This document shows, piece by piece, positions 1 to 14,300 of a DNA stretch of 64,000 nucleotides (positions within the stretch are counted from its first letter, which is position 1; each line of letters begins with the position of its first letter). The notes under the pieces were generated by a model. It was not told the DNA's origin, made no database searches, and worked only from the letters and a program-made list of their open reading frames with translations. Source of the DNA: Squalus acanthias (Eukaryota); contig CM059432.1 of assembly GCA_030390025.1 (NCBI GenBank), positions 23,376,001 to 23,440,000 on the forward strand. The letters are read 5' to 3'. A program made the translations under genes and the position numbers.

Positions 1-368
1 AGGGAGAGTCATCACAGGCTCTTGTTTCATACCTCCTCGAGGCCAGTAAAGAACAACATGAGAAGAAGTTTGGGAGCAGGAACTAAATGGCCTGATGAAA
101 CCTATAGGAAGAATAAAAAGATCTAAGTCTAAGTTAGCCACTTGAAGGCATAGAAGAATGGCTCTGGAACAATATCAATTTTTCTCCAGTTCTGTGAAGA
201 AATGTCTGATCTTACCTCACATCATTGCCGTTGAGTTTGTGAACTCAGTGAAATGACAGAACAATGAATGTCCTTTTGGGTATATGAGCGTGTTAATCAT
301 TCTTACGTAGACTTTGTCAATTGGAACTTTGGCATTCAAGGGGAAGCTACATTAACTCATGAGGGAGA

Positions 369-488
369 AAGGAATAGGATATGTTGATGGGGTTAGATGT
401 AGAGGGGTGGGAGGAGGCTCATGTGGAGCATAAACACCGGCATGGACCTGTTGGGCCAAATGGCCTGTTTCTGTGCTGTAAATACTTT
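369..488 (+). mobile_element. CR1 LINE 3' end fragment
   Basis: Typical tail gggccaaatggcctgtttctgtgctgta followed by (aatactttgt)n, split by the Harbinger insertion. Confidence 0.7.
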
Positions 489-1026
489 GGCCGGAATTTT
501 CCGGCGGCTATGCGTGCGAGTTTGGAGGCGGGTCGGCAGTAAAATTTGCAGAAGCTGGGAGCGGGTTTGGAACACGCGGTGATCCCGCATCCTCGCGCCT
601 TTAAATCGGGCGCGTTTGCCAGCGCACCACAGACCCGAATGGCAGAGGCGGGCGACCTAATTAATCTTATTAACTCCTTGTTGTGAGACCCCTAACAGGG
701 ATTTTAAGTAGACCTTTTGAATTTCACTGGATGACCACGGGAATCACGCAGCTCGGGAACCACGTCTGTGTAGCTGAGGTGGCCATTGATCGAGGTCATT
801 AATGCAGAGCATGGAAATCCCAATAAATACTCCCACATGACACCTGATTACTTGCCTACGGGAAAGGCTCTTGCTGACTCCATTTTGTGCAGAGATTTAG
901 ATGTTTACAGTTTGCAAGTCTTTTCTGCAACCTCAGAAGCCACTCTCACCACATTGCTAGTAACTATCACAACACTGACAGATTGCTCCTCTGATCTCCA
1001 ATTGACCTTCCATCTATTACATCAGC

Positions 1027-2202
1027 ATGGGTGCCCCTTATACTGTCTCCTCTTGGTCATCAGAATCGGACCATGACGAGCCCCAACACCAGCAGGCACA
1101 CAAGCAACAACAACCTTCTCCTCAATGACCTGATGTTGCACAGGACAGAGGTCGTCAGCGCAGGGCTGCACCGCGCCGGAGGCGACACCCCCAACACAGG
1201 GTATACAGGCAGAGGATGAGCTTCCTCAACATGAGTGAGCAGCAGTGCCAAAGGAGGCTCAGGCTATCACGCCAGGTTGTTGCAGACATTTGCAGCTTGC
1301 TGGGGCAAACCCTGCAGCCCAGAGGAGCGGGTGGACACTCCTTGCCAGTGGCTGTCAAAGTCACCAGCCCCTTCAACTTCTTCACCTCAGGCTCCTTCCA
1401 GGGATCTGCAGCAGACATTTGCAGCATCTCGCAGTCGGCCGCCCACAGATGCATCACACAGGTCACCGATGCCATGTTTGGCAAGTCAGCCAATTATGTT
1501 AACTTTTCCACTGGTGCAGCTAGTGTTACTGAGCAGGCGCTCGCCTTTGCCACACTGGCTGGCATCCCACGGGTGCAGGGCCATCATCGACTGCACACAT
1601 GTGGGCATCAGGGCACCCTCACATCACCCAGGAGTGTTTGTGAACCGCAAGGACTTCCACTCACTCAATGTGCAGCTCGTCTGCAACCACAGGGAGATCA
1701 TCATGCATGTGTGCGCCGAATTCCCTGGCCGCTGTCGTGACTCTTTCGTCCTGCGCAAGTCCACCTTCCCTCAGCTCTTCGCACTGCCAAACACACTTAC
1801 TGGCTGGCTGCTTGGAGTCAAGGGCTATCCACTGAAGACGTGGCTCATGACACCCTTGAGGAGGCCAAGCAATGAGGCTCAGGAGCACTATAATGAAAGT
1901 CACATGTCCACCAGATGTGTCATAGAGTAAACAATAGGCAGGCTGAAGATGCACTTCAGATGCGTTGACAGATCTGGAGGAGCCCTTCAGTACGCACCAG
2001 CCAGGGTCTCCAGAATCATCGTCGTCTGCTGTGCCCTGCACAACATAGCGCAGCAACGAGGATAACAGCTGGATGAGGAGCAAGGCGCAGAGCGCACAGC
2101 CTCTTCAGAGGAGGAGGATCCTGAGGTCCACATGCCAGCAACACGGAGGACATTGCTGCCCAGGAGGCCAAAGATGGCCTTATTATGGCCAGATTTAATT
2201 AA
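1027..2202 (+). pseudogene. Harbinger (HARBI1-like) DDE transposase pseudogene
   Basis: Motifs [38 protein letters not shown](V)KGYPL..WLMTP, TRCVIE*TIGRLK, CCALHN. Stops at ~1126, 1928 and ~2063, +1 frameshift near 1580, and GDKGY appears as GVKGY. Confidence 0.92.
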
Positions 2203-2498
2203 CTTCCTGTATTACAGCCATATGGCTGCCACATGCTGTGCCAGGTCCCCTCACACTCAACAACACCATAAAGCATCCCTACAATGACCAAGCCATTCCT
2301 TTCACACTTACCCCTATTGCTGGAGGTAACGTTATGTCTCACCATTCACTCCAACTCACTAAGCCACTTCCAAAGTAGCAGACAAAAATGTGCATGAACG
2401 GAAAGTGGTGAAAATAAATAGTTTTATATGTGTCATGACAGTAATGGAACCTTAACAATAACACATCTTTAAACACCCATGTGCTTACCCTTGTGCAT

Positions 2499-4346
2499 CT
2501 ACTTCTGTGCCATTTTTTGTTTACGCGTGCTTCTACGAGGTGCAACCCTAGTGGCTTCAGCAGAGGTAGAGGCAAGCTGCTCACTTCCCTGCTGCGATTG
2601 TGTAGACACTCTTGGTGGGCAGCCTTTGGGTTTTGGAGCCTCTGATGGCCCCACCAATGGCTGCTGCTCCTGCGACTGTGCAGGGGCAGACTCGGCCATC
2701 GCGATCCCAGGAGGCATCTAGGGCTCTGACTGAGGGGGCGGGGTGGCAGGCAACGAGGAAGAATTGTGAGCACTTTGAGAGGAGCCACCACTTCCATGTC
2801 CCCTCTCACCATCATCCCTCTCATGGGCCACCCACACTTCCCTGCTAGCAAAGAGCTGGAGAGCACCTTGCTGCACAGCAGTGGGGCCATGAGGACCCAA
2901 GTCTACATTTACATCCCTCCTAGAGAGGAGGTCTATGAGCCTCTGCTCATCTGAGTAGCGCATTAGCTGCTCCATGCAGGTGGCCATCCTTTCCATGGAA
3001 GAGCATAGCATCCCCATCTCCTGTGACACAGTGGTGCTCATGTTGGAGATAGAATCCTCCATTCTCTGCACATTTGCAGACATCGCAGTCACAAAACCTG
3101 ACAGAGCCTCCTGCACTTCTTGCTGCACCTCCAGGATCACACTCTTTCTCGATGGCCCCCGAGGCTGAGAGTCTGCATGCAGCTGAGCAGAGCTTGGTGC
3201 ATCCTGCGCCCTCCGGCGAGGAGTCTCCACTGCTGTCCCTGTCTCCACCATCTGCTCTTGCTCTCTTGTGACTTGAGAGACACCAGGTGACAACAATACT
3301 CTATCTCGCATAGGACCCACTGACGTGTGAATATCTGCGCTGGTGCTGGGTGCGCTTATGTCTGGTGATGGTGCACCCTCAGGGCTGGAGGCTCCTCTGA
3401 GGAGTCATCTTCCTCCTCTGGCTGGACAGTGGACGGAGGGCACTTAATGGATCTGTAAATGGAGAGTAAAGAGATGATTTAGAAATGTTATATTAAGAAT
3501 GGGTAACGATACCATTATGCATATGATGAACATTCACTGGCTGCTGACATCAGTCACCATATGAGTGACTGCTGTATGCAGTGTGGCTGTATGAGATGTA
3601 ATTCTGTCGCCAGGTTGCTGAGAGGTCCCCCTCTCTCCATCTCCCACCGCCAGCAGCTCCGCAACTCTTGACACCTCCAGGGCAACCTCCTCTGCTGGAG
3701 TTAAAGTGGTGAAGGATGGAGGGCCACCTCCAGTTCTCTCCCTCTCCCTGTTGTTGTGCGCTCGTTTCTCCTGCAAGGAAGGAAAGAAGAGAAGTTTGCG
3801 TGAGAGTGATGGCATGAGTGTAAGGAATATGTGGGTTACATCTGTACAGATTGACTATGAGGGAGTGTGGTGCCAATGCCAAAGTGCCAATGCCAAATGG
3901 CCTACTTGTGTGCTGTTACTTGGTATGATTGCATTAGGATGAGGGGTGGTTAGTCAGAGGGTGATGTAAGTATGTACATAGAGAGAGAGAGAGATGGGTG
4001 GACATGCAAGGTATGTTGGTGTGAGTAGTGATGTGCAGGAGCAGGCTTGGGAAGGCAGAGTGATGGGGATGTGGTGACAGGCACAGCAGGATGACTTTGC
4101 ACTCACCTTTCCTGATCTCATGAGATCACTGAAGCACTTCCGGCACTGCACCCAGGTCCGCATCACCACATTCCTTCTGTTCACCTCCTCAGCTATTTGG
4201 AGCCGGGCTGTTTTTGTCTCTTGGGGAGGTCTCTTCCGCCCCTCAGCAGGGAAGAGGGCCTCCCTGCGTGCTCGGACTCCCTCCACAAGAATACGTAGGT
4301 AGTCATCAGAAAACCTGGGTGCAGCCCTCTGTCTCTTTGAAGTCAT
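2499..4346 (-). pseudogene. Harbinger Myb/SANT-like DNA-binding protein gene (three exons ~4346-4107, 3770-3611, 3452-2499), disrupted
   Basis: MTSKRQRAAPRFSDDYLRILVEGV...RTWVQCRKCFSDL trihelix/Myb-like motif, gtgagt donor, then ERTGGGPP motif; in-frame stop at 2718-2720. Confidence 0.85.
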
Positions 4347-4689
4347 GTTTTGATGTGTGAGCAATAAGATCCTGCACTATCGTCCCTGCACACTCCTAGA
4401 TGAACCTTTAAATGCAATGTGGCCAAGGCTGCTTTAAATACCCCGCTGGAAATGAGTCATCGATGACATCATCAGACCCACACCATTTAATAGGGCCGGG
4501 AAACGCACATGTCTGCCTTAATAGGGGCCATTAACTGAAAGTTGCTCTGAGGAGCGGGATCATCAGAACAACGCAGTTCCGACTCGCCACGTTGCCCGCA
4601 CGCACCCGGCCCGACTCGGTAAGGAAAATTCCGGCCTTTGTAATACTTTGTAACAAATCTGTATCCCATCAGTTCATGGTCACCTGTAC

Positions 4690-5180
4690 TGGTTCTCTGA
4701 TGAGCCAATGAACCACAGAGGTTTACAGCACAGTAGGAGGTCACCTGTGAGGCTTTTTTCTAGATCCAAAATTAATCCCACTGCCCTGCTCTCCCACATA
4801 TATTTATATCTACCTCTGTTTCCAATATCCATCTGATTTTCCATTTAAGGATGCAATGGTTCTGACTCGACCACTGTCTGTGACAAAGCTCCACCAACAC
4901 ATTGCATAAAGAAATGTCCACTAACCTCTCTTAGTGACAATGTTAAACTGATGACTTCCCAACCAAAGGAAATAGCCTTTTCCTTTTCATCCGACTGAAA
5001 CCTTCATAATTATAAAAATGCTTATTAAAAGTTCCTTCTTAGCTTTCGCTGCTCCAGTGGAATAGTCCCAGCATCTCAAGTTTCTCCAGATAACTATAGT
5101 TTCCTATCCCTGTTACCACCCTGAAGAATCTACACTGTATGCTTTCTACAGCTTTAATGTCCTTTTGGAACGGCCCAAAC
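4690..5180 (-). mobile_element. Degraded CR1 LINE 3' fragment
   Basis: Reverse-complement similarity to the CR1 ORF2 C-terminus and 3' UTR seen elsewhere in the window. Confidence 0.55.
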
Positions 5181-5239
5181 TATATAAGCATGTTAATCAT
5201 TCTTATGTGGACTTAGTCAATTGGAAGTTTGGCCTTTAA

Positions 5240-5660
5240 GAATCAATGGCTGAGTAGGAGATGTACTACCTGGTATGGTATTACATCTCCTGACAAACAT
5301 ATCAGATAGGTTCCAGACTTACTCGTGCTATTGGCTGATCTCAGCTATGGTGGTGTCACAACTGGCCTCAGTGCCTCTGGGCTAAGGGAGATTTAAAAAA
5401 GTCATGACCCTCACTCCTGATCATTATTCAATGACCCGCTATTGGAAAGTGCAGATACATGGATGTCAGATGACGGCAGGGTCAGGGTCAGTAATGATAC
5501 TACTCCTCCGTTATGGCAAAATGACCTCCTGATACTCATTGCCTAGGCTCAGACATGGAGAACTGCCAATTGGGCAAGGTAGTGAAGGACTGCTGATACC
5601 TGTGAAATCATACCCAGGCATGTCTTCAGAAGATGAGGGGAAAGAGAAGCAAACTGGGAA
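5240..5660 (+). mobile_element. Old SINE-like interspersed repeat (unnamed family; related copies ~22790-23150, 23725-24300, 25095-25620, 50290-50700)
   Basis: Shared blocks (gctgatctcag, tgaccc..ctggaaagtg, acacatgaagaatgg) recur in several copies; the 22790 copy has a B-box-like GGTTCGATTCCC. Confidence 0.5.
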
Positions 5661-7679
5661 AAGTGTGAAAACATGTCTTGTTAAACTTACTGAGAAATTT
5701 TCTGCTTCAGCATTCCAGGCACTTGCATAGAGTGCGTTTCAAGAATTCGCACACCTCCAGACCATGATTTTCCATCCATTAAAATTTACAGCCTGCTCTT
5801 TGTCTACACCTGGGGCTCCAAAGTAGAGAATCCCCCACTGTCTTTAATACTTAAAGAATGTGAAGTGCCTTCGGATGTTCAGCCACATTAAAGGACCTTT
5901 GTGAGTGTAAGTTATTGCTGTAGTATTTCTAGATCCAAATAACATCATTCCAGTTTCCTGGTTTTATTGAACATTAAAACTTTACAGGAATTTATTTTTG
6001 CTAATGTTAATTGATAACAGACAAATATATATTTTGAAAACTGACATGAAGTCTCAATATATTTGAGATAGGTGGGCCAGCTTACCAAAATCGAGACCAG
6101 AGAATTTCCTTGGGATCCTTGCAAATAAATAATTTGCGATTCTCCCAGCGTGGTTTTAGTAGCAGCCTGAAGATCATCAGATTCCTCATTAAAAAAGTTC
6201 AGTTCAGCATCTGGTAAAATAGCAAATGCTGCAGCATGCTGCTGTAATTGTTAATTAGCTCAGCTTCTGGGCACTTTCAGCGAGATGAAAGAGAAGAATT
6301 TTCATTAGCTCCCCTGCTGAGATTATCAATGATACATCAGGCTGCTAAACCGAGGTGGTGGTGCAGAATCACCCCCTGCGCCAGAATAATGAAACTTCTT
6401 TGTGTCTGTGCGTTGACTTATATTGTGCTTGAAGATATGGGAAAGTGGACATTTTTCAATGTCTCGCCCAGGGCCTGTTGCTGAGATCTCTCAGGTGATG
6501 TGCAGCAGGAAGCAATCAGTGGGTCAGTTGATGCAGTGTTGCATGGAGATCCACCTCAGCAAGAGAGGGAGGGGGTTCCCAAGATACAGGAGCTCACCTG
6601 GCTATCATCAAGCATGGGATGACATTGATGAAACCTTGAAATAAATTGTGCTTACTGTTTCCTGACTAAAAATGAGTGTGCTAATAAGCATCACAGCGAT
6701 GAGAGAAGGAACAGATGGTACGCAGATGTTATGGCTTCAACGTGGAATTCCCAGACATGCTTAGTTACTGCAACATCCAGGAGCAGTTTACAATAACAGC
6801 TCCTCTGCCACATTGTATCAATGTGTTTTTCTTTTGATTTTTTAAAAATCCGAATAATTTTATCCTTATGATAATTTTGAGTAAAATGATTGCTAGCGCT
6901 GATCAATAATACTAGCATCATGAGCGGTACCAGCACAATCTCTTCTATTTCAGGCCCTGCAGACCATGTCCCATATTTACCCAATTTTCTGTCTTTCCTT
7001 TTAGAAGGTGGTGGCTCTTATTGGGTGAGCAGCTCCACTACTGAGATAGCAAAGGGCTGATAGCACCTGTGAAACAGTGCAGGCCATTCTTTGTGTGTAT
7101 CCCTAGACATCAAGTCTATTCCACTAGGGGAGAAGTGCCAAAGTTAAGTCTGATCTTGTCCTCACTGGCACTGTCCAGCAGAGGTAATGGGATAGCGACC
7201 GAGAGCAGGACCCCTTGGTTGATTTCCTTTCATCTTTCCCTTAGCTTGTAGGCGCCGTGTTCCCTGACTGCTCCCCTGGCTGAACTCAGCACAGAATGAC
7301 AACATTTTATAAGCATGCTGTGGAATAGCAACACCTCATATCAAATGTAGAGCTAAAGTTCAGACACCTGGGAATCAAACTCAACAATTACCCATCCCTT
7401 CAAGAGGTCCTGTGGAAATCCCAGATCTTCTCCTAATCCTTATCACTATAATCTTTAATGTTTATTATGGCTAGCCACATATTTGAACTGTGTGAAAAAT
7501 ATGTTATAATTCAGATTTCCACCTCCACAACTCTTCTTCTGTATCTTTTCTTGAGGCTATTCTCTGCCACCATTCTCTGAAGCAAGCAGTACACTGTTCT
7601 ACACAGCTCTGTCAATCTGTTGTTAATGACATGTCTCTGAATGAAGGCAGATAGCATTAAGCTAGGCAGCATACTAGGA

Positions 7680-7965
7680 CAATATCCCTCTATAAGGCCC
7701 CCTCCTATTCCCCTCTCAGTCCCTTATATCCTTCTATGAGGGCCTCTCATCACTGCCTTGTAACTGAGTCACTGTGAATCTGTTGTTAACAGGCCTAAGG
7801 GCCATTTATTGTCCTTCAGTGGGGTTTTACTGGGAATAGTGACTCAAGATTAACATGTTCTGTTCCACTGAGTCCCTTATATCCCTCTATAAGGGCCCTG
7901 CTCAGTACCTTATCTCCCTCTATAATGGCCCCTCTCATTCTCCACTCAGTACCTCGTATCCCTGA
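7680..7965. repeat. Degenerate local repeat of tatccctctataagggccc/ctcagtaccttat units
   Basis: About five imperfect copies between 7683 and 7962. Confidence 0.6.
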
Positions 7966-8314
7966 GTGCAGGAGTTGGCCAAAAAATGGCAAATAACAAG
8001 AACTTCGGCTGGTCTATATAATTAGCTTCTGATTTTCTTAGTGATCATGGTTGCGGAATGGAATATGAAACTTAAGGAAGAAGGGGCCATACTCCAAGCA
8101 GCCATATTATGGATCCTATCCCTAGATATATATAAACCTTTGAAGGTGCGCGTCTCTTTGTTGATTCCACAAATAAGCCGAGTGCACTTTCTGGAGTCTG
8201 TATTCGAAGAACTCCATTGAGTGCAGATTATACACATTCCCTTTGAACTTTAAATCGTAGCAAGAATAAAAGCACCTTTCACAAATGCGGATCGTCATCA
8301 TTTTTATCACTTAC

Positions 8315-8359
8315 CACTCGACCTTCAGGACCCATTGGTCCTATTGGACCTGGTCGTCC
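8315..8359 (-). CDS. COL9A1: Collagen exon, 45 bp ([15 protein letters not shown])
   Basis: cactag| acceptor, |gtaagt donor, five Gly-X-Y triplets. Confidence 0.92.
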
Positions 8360-11300
8360 CTAGTGAAAATAAAGACAGCAATGATTAAGAATTAACACTA
8401 AACCCTCTGAAAACATAAATGAAATCAAGGTAAATGTCCAAGGCCCATAGTACAGGCTGGGTTTAAAAGCCTGAAATTTGTAAGAGGACAGAGAGACATA
8501 AGTTTGAAGTCTTCGGAAAGAATGGGTTAAAGTAGTGCAACGAGTTTTAATTTCAATACAGTGAAAGGTAGAAGGAGGAAGAACAGCATGTAGGATAGAG
8601 TCTTTGCAGCTTCGAAGGAACAAGACAGGAAAGTTTGGATCAGTATTAACCATAAAAGAACTGAGAAAACAAAGACAAAAACATTTGGAAGGAGAGAGAA
8701 ATGTTGGGGGACTAGAGATGAAAAGCTTTTTGCTGCATGTGAGAGGAGCCTGTAGAGTACACAGACATGGGGACACTATTCAAGTCTTGACTGAACCTAA
8801 CCTTTATTAAGAGTTAAATGTTATTGAGGGGAAAGAAGTGTTTTCAGAAAAAAAGAAACCAAGTATCTTGGGAGCTGTCTTAGCACTGGAAGAGATGCGA
8901 GTTCCATTTGAGGTCAGAGGAGATTCTGAGATCAAGAATATCAATAGATAAAGAAGGATTTAAGGTGGAGCTATCAAGGGAAAAAAAGGTGGCGTCTGCT
9001 GTTCAGATTGTTAGGATTCATGAAGAAACTGTGGGGGTGAAATGAATGAAATCCATCTACCCAGTATGAAGGGAACTCAGAAACTAGTTGCATAAGTACC
9101 CGAGCAATGAGGTATCTGGGAATGACCTGTAGTACTTACATTCATTCCTGGAATACCAGGCTTTCCCGGTTGTCCTGAAAATCCAACCTCACCACGCTCC
9201 CCTTTCTGACCCTGCAGTGGAACAAATTGACATGTTGCTTAATTAGGCCGTTGCTGTTAATTGAACTTCACCAAGAATATCCACAAGCTGTGTATCTCAC
9301 TGGTAACAGAGTTATTGGTGCTTTTTCAAACTGGGACCTATGGGTTTTAGATGATAGTCTTTCAAAACAAGAGAAAAGAATAAACATTTCAAATTCAGAA
9401 AAAAGGGAGACCTGAGGCTTGAGTGGGGACAAAGAATCATTGATTTGTTTTAAGGATGTGTCAACCAAAATGGCGTCAGCTATTATATATTAAAAGTCTT
9501 GCTCCTGCACCTATTTCTTGTTATGCAACACTTCCTTTTAACTATCATGTTTCACTTACTGTGAGCAAGGCCACAGGAGATTCATTGGTATAAAAAGAAA
9601 ACATTGCAGTGATTGTTTTATGTCCTGCTGTTTAAAATGTCCGTGATAATTAACAGGAGCAACAATGTCCTTTCTTGTGTTTCAAAGAGTTAATGACGTA
9701 CAGGACAATAATCAGATTGGAAATCAGAAATTCTAAATGGTGTAAAACAGTTACATGAATAATGATTTTGCCATGTAATTTAATTCACTTAACTCTTCTA
9801 TTCTTTTATCCGTTTTAACCATTGTATCAAGTTTGGCAAGAAGATAACAATGGAATGCAAACTATAGCAACTACAACAACAACTTGTATTTATATAGCGC
9901 CTTTAACGTAGTAAAACCATCCAAGGCGCTTCACAGGAGTGTTATCAAACAAAATTTGACACCGAGCCACATAACGAGCTATTAGGGCAGGTGACCAAAA
10001 GCTTGGTCAAAGAGTTAGGTTTTAAGGAGCGTCTTAAAGGAGGAAAGAGGGATAGAAAGATGGCGATTGCAATTACAGTACTACAAAACAATCACAGTTG
10101 TTATGGATAACAGAAACTGTATTTATGTCATTTGCTTTCATTACAATATACACATTACGGGGCAGCATGACAAATCTTTAAAAACAAAAGGACCTTTATA
10201 AACAGATTAATTACATCCAGCAATATCCCGCAGTATTTGACAGTTAATCATTTTTTTTTGAACAGTTCATCAAGAAACACTTGCCTTTTAGCGAGAGATA
10301 CTGGATGAACTGTGTGGACCTGCTAATAGAACGCTAACAAAGTTTGAGCATCAGCACTTGATGAGGTTTTCAAACCTAAACATAAGCGCTTGTCACACTG
10401 ATTGCCTGAAAGGTCTTGCGCCCTAGCATCGGATGACGTGAAAAAGACTCTGAAATGTCAGTGATTTGGTTACTAAGCAATTTTCATACCTTGGCAACAA
10501 CGCTTGTAAAAAGATACATTAATTGGTAAAAAGGGCAACACACATCAGCTTTCGCGAGGCAGCACCACACTTAAATGAATTATTCCAGACTTTTGCAATT
10601 CATTTAAATGTTTTATTAATTGAACAATTATTCATTTAACAGGAACAGCTATCGTTGGAAAAGGAAGAAAAAGGGATTTGTGCATGGACATTTTATTCTC
10701 TCATCAATTATTCATTTAAGTGGGCTTTGACTATAGTAGAATTGCCAGAGTTGGCATGGATATCTCTCGACATCACTGACATCAAAAAATGAAAAAAGAG
10801 AAAAGGACTTCAACATGTGACATGATAATATAAGGACAAACTAGATGATTTGGTGATACTGATTTTCTGCCAGAAGTGAGTATGGGTGTGTATTCACATG
10901 TGAGTAGTCAAAGATCATGCAAATTAAGGGATACACCATCTGACATATTTCCCTTCATTTGCACCCTAGCAATACTGGCTGCTAAGAATACCTGTGACTT
11001 CCTGGCATCAGGAGTTGCTAGGTCCAGAGCATTCTATAAATCGATAAACTGAAGCAGATTAGGGACAGACTTAAATTAAGTTCAACGCTTTAAGGCCAGC
11101 CACACAGGTATGCCGCAGCTATTTTGAGATCCCAAGCTGGCTTCCCAACAAAGGTAGGAATCCTGTCGGGAATCTGCCAATGTTATTCAAATAACCATGA
11201 CATCGGAAAATCGGCCAGTGAGCAAGGCGCGCCATTATGGTGGGCGGAAATACTGGCTCACTGAAAAGGTGTTGGAATTCCACCAAAGTAGTAAATCCCA

Positions 11301-14300
11301 GCCTTGCTGTCTAATCCGCAGAGCAACATCAAAGTGAACTTTCCAATATTCCATTCCATTCCATTCCATGGGTGGGCCAATTAGAGAATCAGGCATGGTG
11401 GTCAGTGTGCCTAACTTGTGGTGCTCCCCATCTTCCAGCCAATGAAATTAGTAACAATGTAGACCATAGCAAGCTGTTTCACCATGTCCAGAACAGTAGA
11501 AGCCGAGGACAGGCTTGAAAGGGGGGTGAATTCAAAACTAATCTGCAGAAATATCTGTGGGTAAGTAGTCAATCTATGGAAAAGGCTCAGTAGGGGGACG
11601 GTGGAAGCAGTTAGTATTGATACATTCAAATGAAAATTAGATAGACTTCTTTCAGAAAATAACATTTTGACAGACAAAATATGAGTAATTTGAGAGATGA
11701 CTTATGGTAGGTGCAGCGTGCTTGGGAGGAACAGGTGACTTTGGACCTATGGTTCACTAAACTCTTCACCACCTGGGGTTTTCCTCTCCTCATGTCGGGG
11801 TCTGTTGTAGACTAATTGAGAGAGATTGATTAGTCAACAACTCCATTATCGTTGTATCATGCAACTACCAGGATGGTAGATGGCGAACTAGATGGATCTT
11901 TGTCTTTTTTCATCTGGCAATTCTTATGTTCCCATGGATCTAGAAAATCAGGAGCTTCCAAATTGAGCATGGAGGTTCATGAGTCCAACTTTCCAATCGG
12001 AACGCTCGTCGAGCAAAATGGAATGAGGCATGAAGTCTGTTTAAATTCACCCACAAAACTCTGTGAAATTGTATTGGTCATGTCACATACAAGGGGGAAG
12101 ATACTAATTTACTGAGGGGGCAAAATTGGGTGCCTTTGCGCCTCCCGTTAGCGCCCCCGGGGGACACTAACAGGGTGCAAATCGCTTTGTGACCGGGCGC
12201 GGCGCTGACATCGACTCCCGCCATAATCCCGGAGATCATGATGTCATTGCCATGCGCATCGCCACGGTAGCGCCCCGGACCCGAAATTCACTTCCGCCCC
12301 CTGCAGCAGCGCAGGTTGAAAACACCGACAGCTGCAGGAGGCGTGCATCAGGTGGCCGGCCGCTTCGGGGGCGATGATTAAAGGCGAGGTGGCCGAGGTA
12401 AGTAAAAAAAACACGTACCTTTCTTGTTCCTGTTTTTTTCGCGGGTTCCTGCCCACGATCGATCAGCCCGGCACTCTGCTTGAGTGCCGGGCTGATCGTG
12501 CGGGATCGCGGCTGCCTTGGTGATCCAGGTAGGTACTTTTTAAATTGCAGAGCCTGCAGCGATGGCCCTTCCTTTAAGGGAGGGAAGGAGCCTTTGAATG
12601 AGGCAGCGCTGCATGGCCCAGTGTGCAGCGCTGCTTAAGTCTCCACCCTACCTGCGCTCCAAGAAGGAAGTGGAGTGCTTGATTTAGCGTTCCACTTCCT
12701 TCCTGCAGCATAAAACCACATTTTTTAAAAGTTTAGAAACATTCGTGCCTGGCGCTAATTTTCTCAACTTTTAATATTTATCGCCCCAAACGGGGCTATA
12801 ATGAATTTCTCCCCCCCCCCCACCCAACATGTTTGCTGGAGTTATTTTATACGTTTTAGGGGAGATGTTTACAGCAGTCAGGATAGTATACCGGCATCAA
12901 TAGCTTCTCATGGTATCTCCTTCTAAAATATCATTCGATTTTGCAGAATTTTGCCAACTTTCACTAATTGTGTTCTTACTCTTTGTGGTAACACAATACA
13001 GCTTCCTGTGACTCGAACTTTATTGCATCACTTCCTGTGATTAGTCCAGGATAAATACGGGACTGATCAGTTGGATCCTGGAGAGGCATAGAGTAAGACC
13101 TCTTTTGTATGTAGCACCTTTTTAGTTGATTAAAGCTTACTTTAAGTTCACCACGCGTAAGGCTCATTCTTACGACACTTTTTACATAAAATTTCAGATG
13201 GTTGCTAATAAGTTAATGACCCTTGAAAACAAACAGTACTTACTGGAAGGCCTGATCGACCAGGAGGGCCTGCTCCTCCCTGCAAAATGAAAGTTAAACA
13301 TGATCACTTTTACAGATATTAAACTGTATTTCCTACATACTTAATTATTTTTGGAATTAACTTTGTACCCAAATGAAGGATGTTAGCCATGGAGAGTAGA
13401 ACACTTTACCCAAATCTGTCACCCAGTAGCGGCACCAAGCATTCCTCACAGGTATGGCAGAGGCAAGAGTAAGTTCCCTTTGCTCTATCTCAATAAATAG
13501 TCCCGAGCTCTGAACAGCATCGCCTATTGTGCCAGTGTAAGATTGAATTAATAACGTGAAGTTTTTCTTGAATTCCCTCAGGGGTTGGGGGGAATTTTCA
13601 CAGAATGTGATCATCTTGGAAGCTCACTTGGAGGTGGCTGCCTCCATCATGAGATTGAATCAATGCTCTTCTGAAATTTGCTTTCTTGTTCCTACTAAAT
13701 TGCAACAATGCCACATTCTTCCCCGTTCCTACGTTCTCACTGTGCTGAAATTGAGACTCGTCACAATTCTCCTACTCATTTTCCGTAGGACCTCAAAACT
13801 GTGGAACTTCCTTTCTCCTACTATCTTTATATTTTTAAAGTCCAAGCTTGATATAACAAAATTGTTGTTTCCTGATTTACCTTGTCTTTTCCCCTACTAT
13901 TTACCGTTTGTGGTGTTCTGCTAATGGGCCTTGACCTTTCACCTTGGTTTCCCAATCAAAATAAAATTGCACCTGACCTATGGAAGGAACATGCTCGATG
14001 GGCCCAAATAGCCTATTCTCATTCTGTACTTTGTTAAGTTCCTATCTAAGCTCAGATAGTAGATTCATCCTATTGTTACACATATCCTAATACTCTGTTT
14101 ATACTCAGAAACACAATAATTTATAATAATTCCAGAACAAGAGGGCATAATCTTAAAATTAGAGCTAGGCCATTTAGGAGTGCAATCAAGGAGCACTTTA
14201 TTATACAAAGGGCAGTGGAAATCTGGAACTCGCTCCCCTTGTGGCTGCTGGGTCAATTGAAATTTTTAGACTGAGATTGATAGATTTTTGTTATGTAAGG

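Larger units (their letters stand above)
489..4636. mobile_element. Full-length PIF/Harbinger DNA transposon (decayed)
   Basis: Perfect 14-bp TIRs GGCCGGAATTTTCC (489-502) and GGAAAATTCCGGCC (4623-4636); 3-bp TSD TTT (486-488, 4637-4639); convergent transposase and Myb/SANT genes inside. Confidence 0.93.

Noticed and set aside
1027..2202. Domesticated HARBI1 (and NAIF1/MSANTD) host genes
   Set aside because: Multiple stops and frameshifts, and enclosed by TIRs and a TSD; these are transposon copies.
6086..6117. Possible collagen exon ending at a gtaagc donor
   Set aside because: 32 bp, not frame-preserving and no Gly-X-Y pattern.
7680..7965. CRISPR-like repeat array
   Set aside because: Vertebrate context, degenerate units, irregular spacing, no cas genes.
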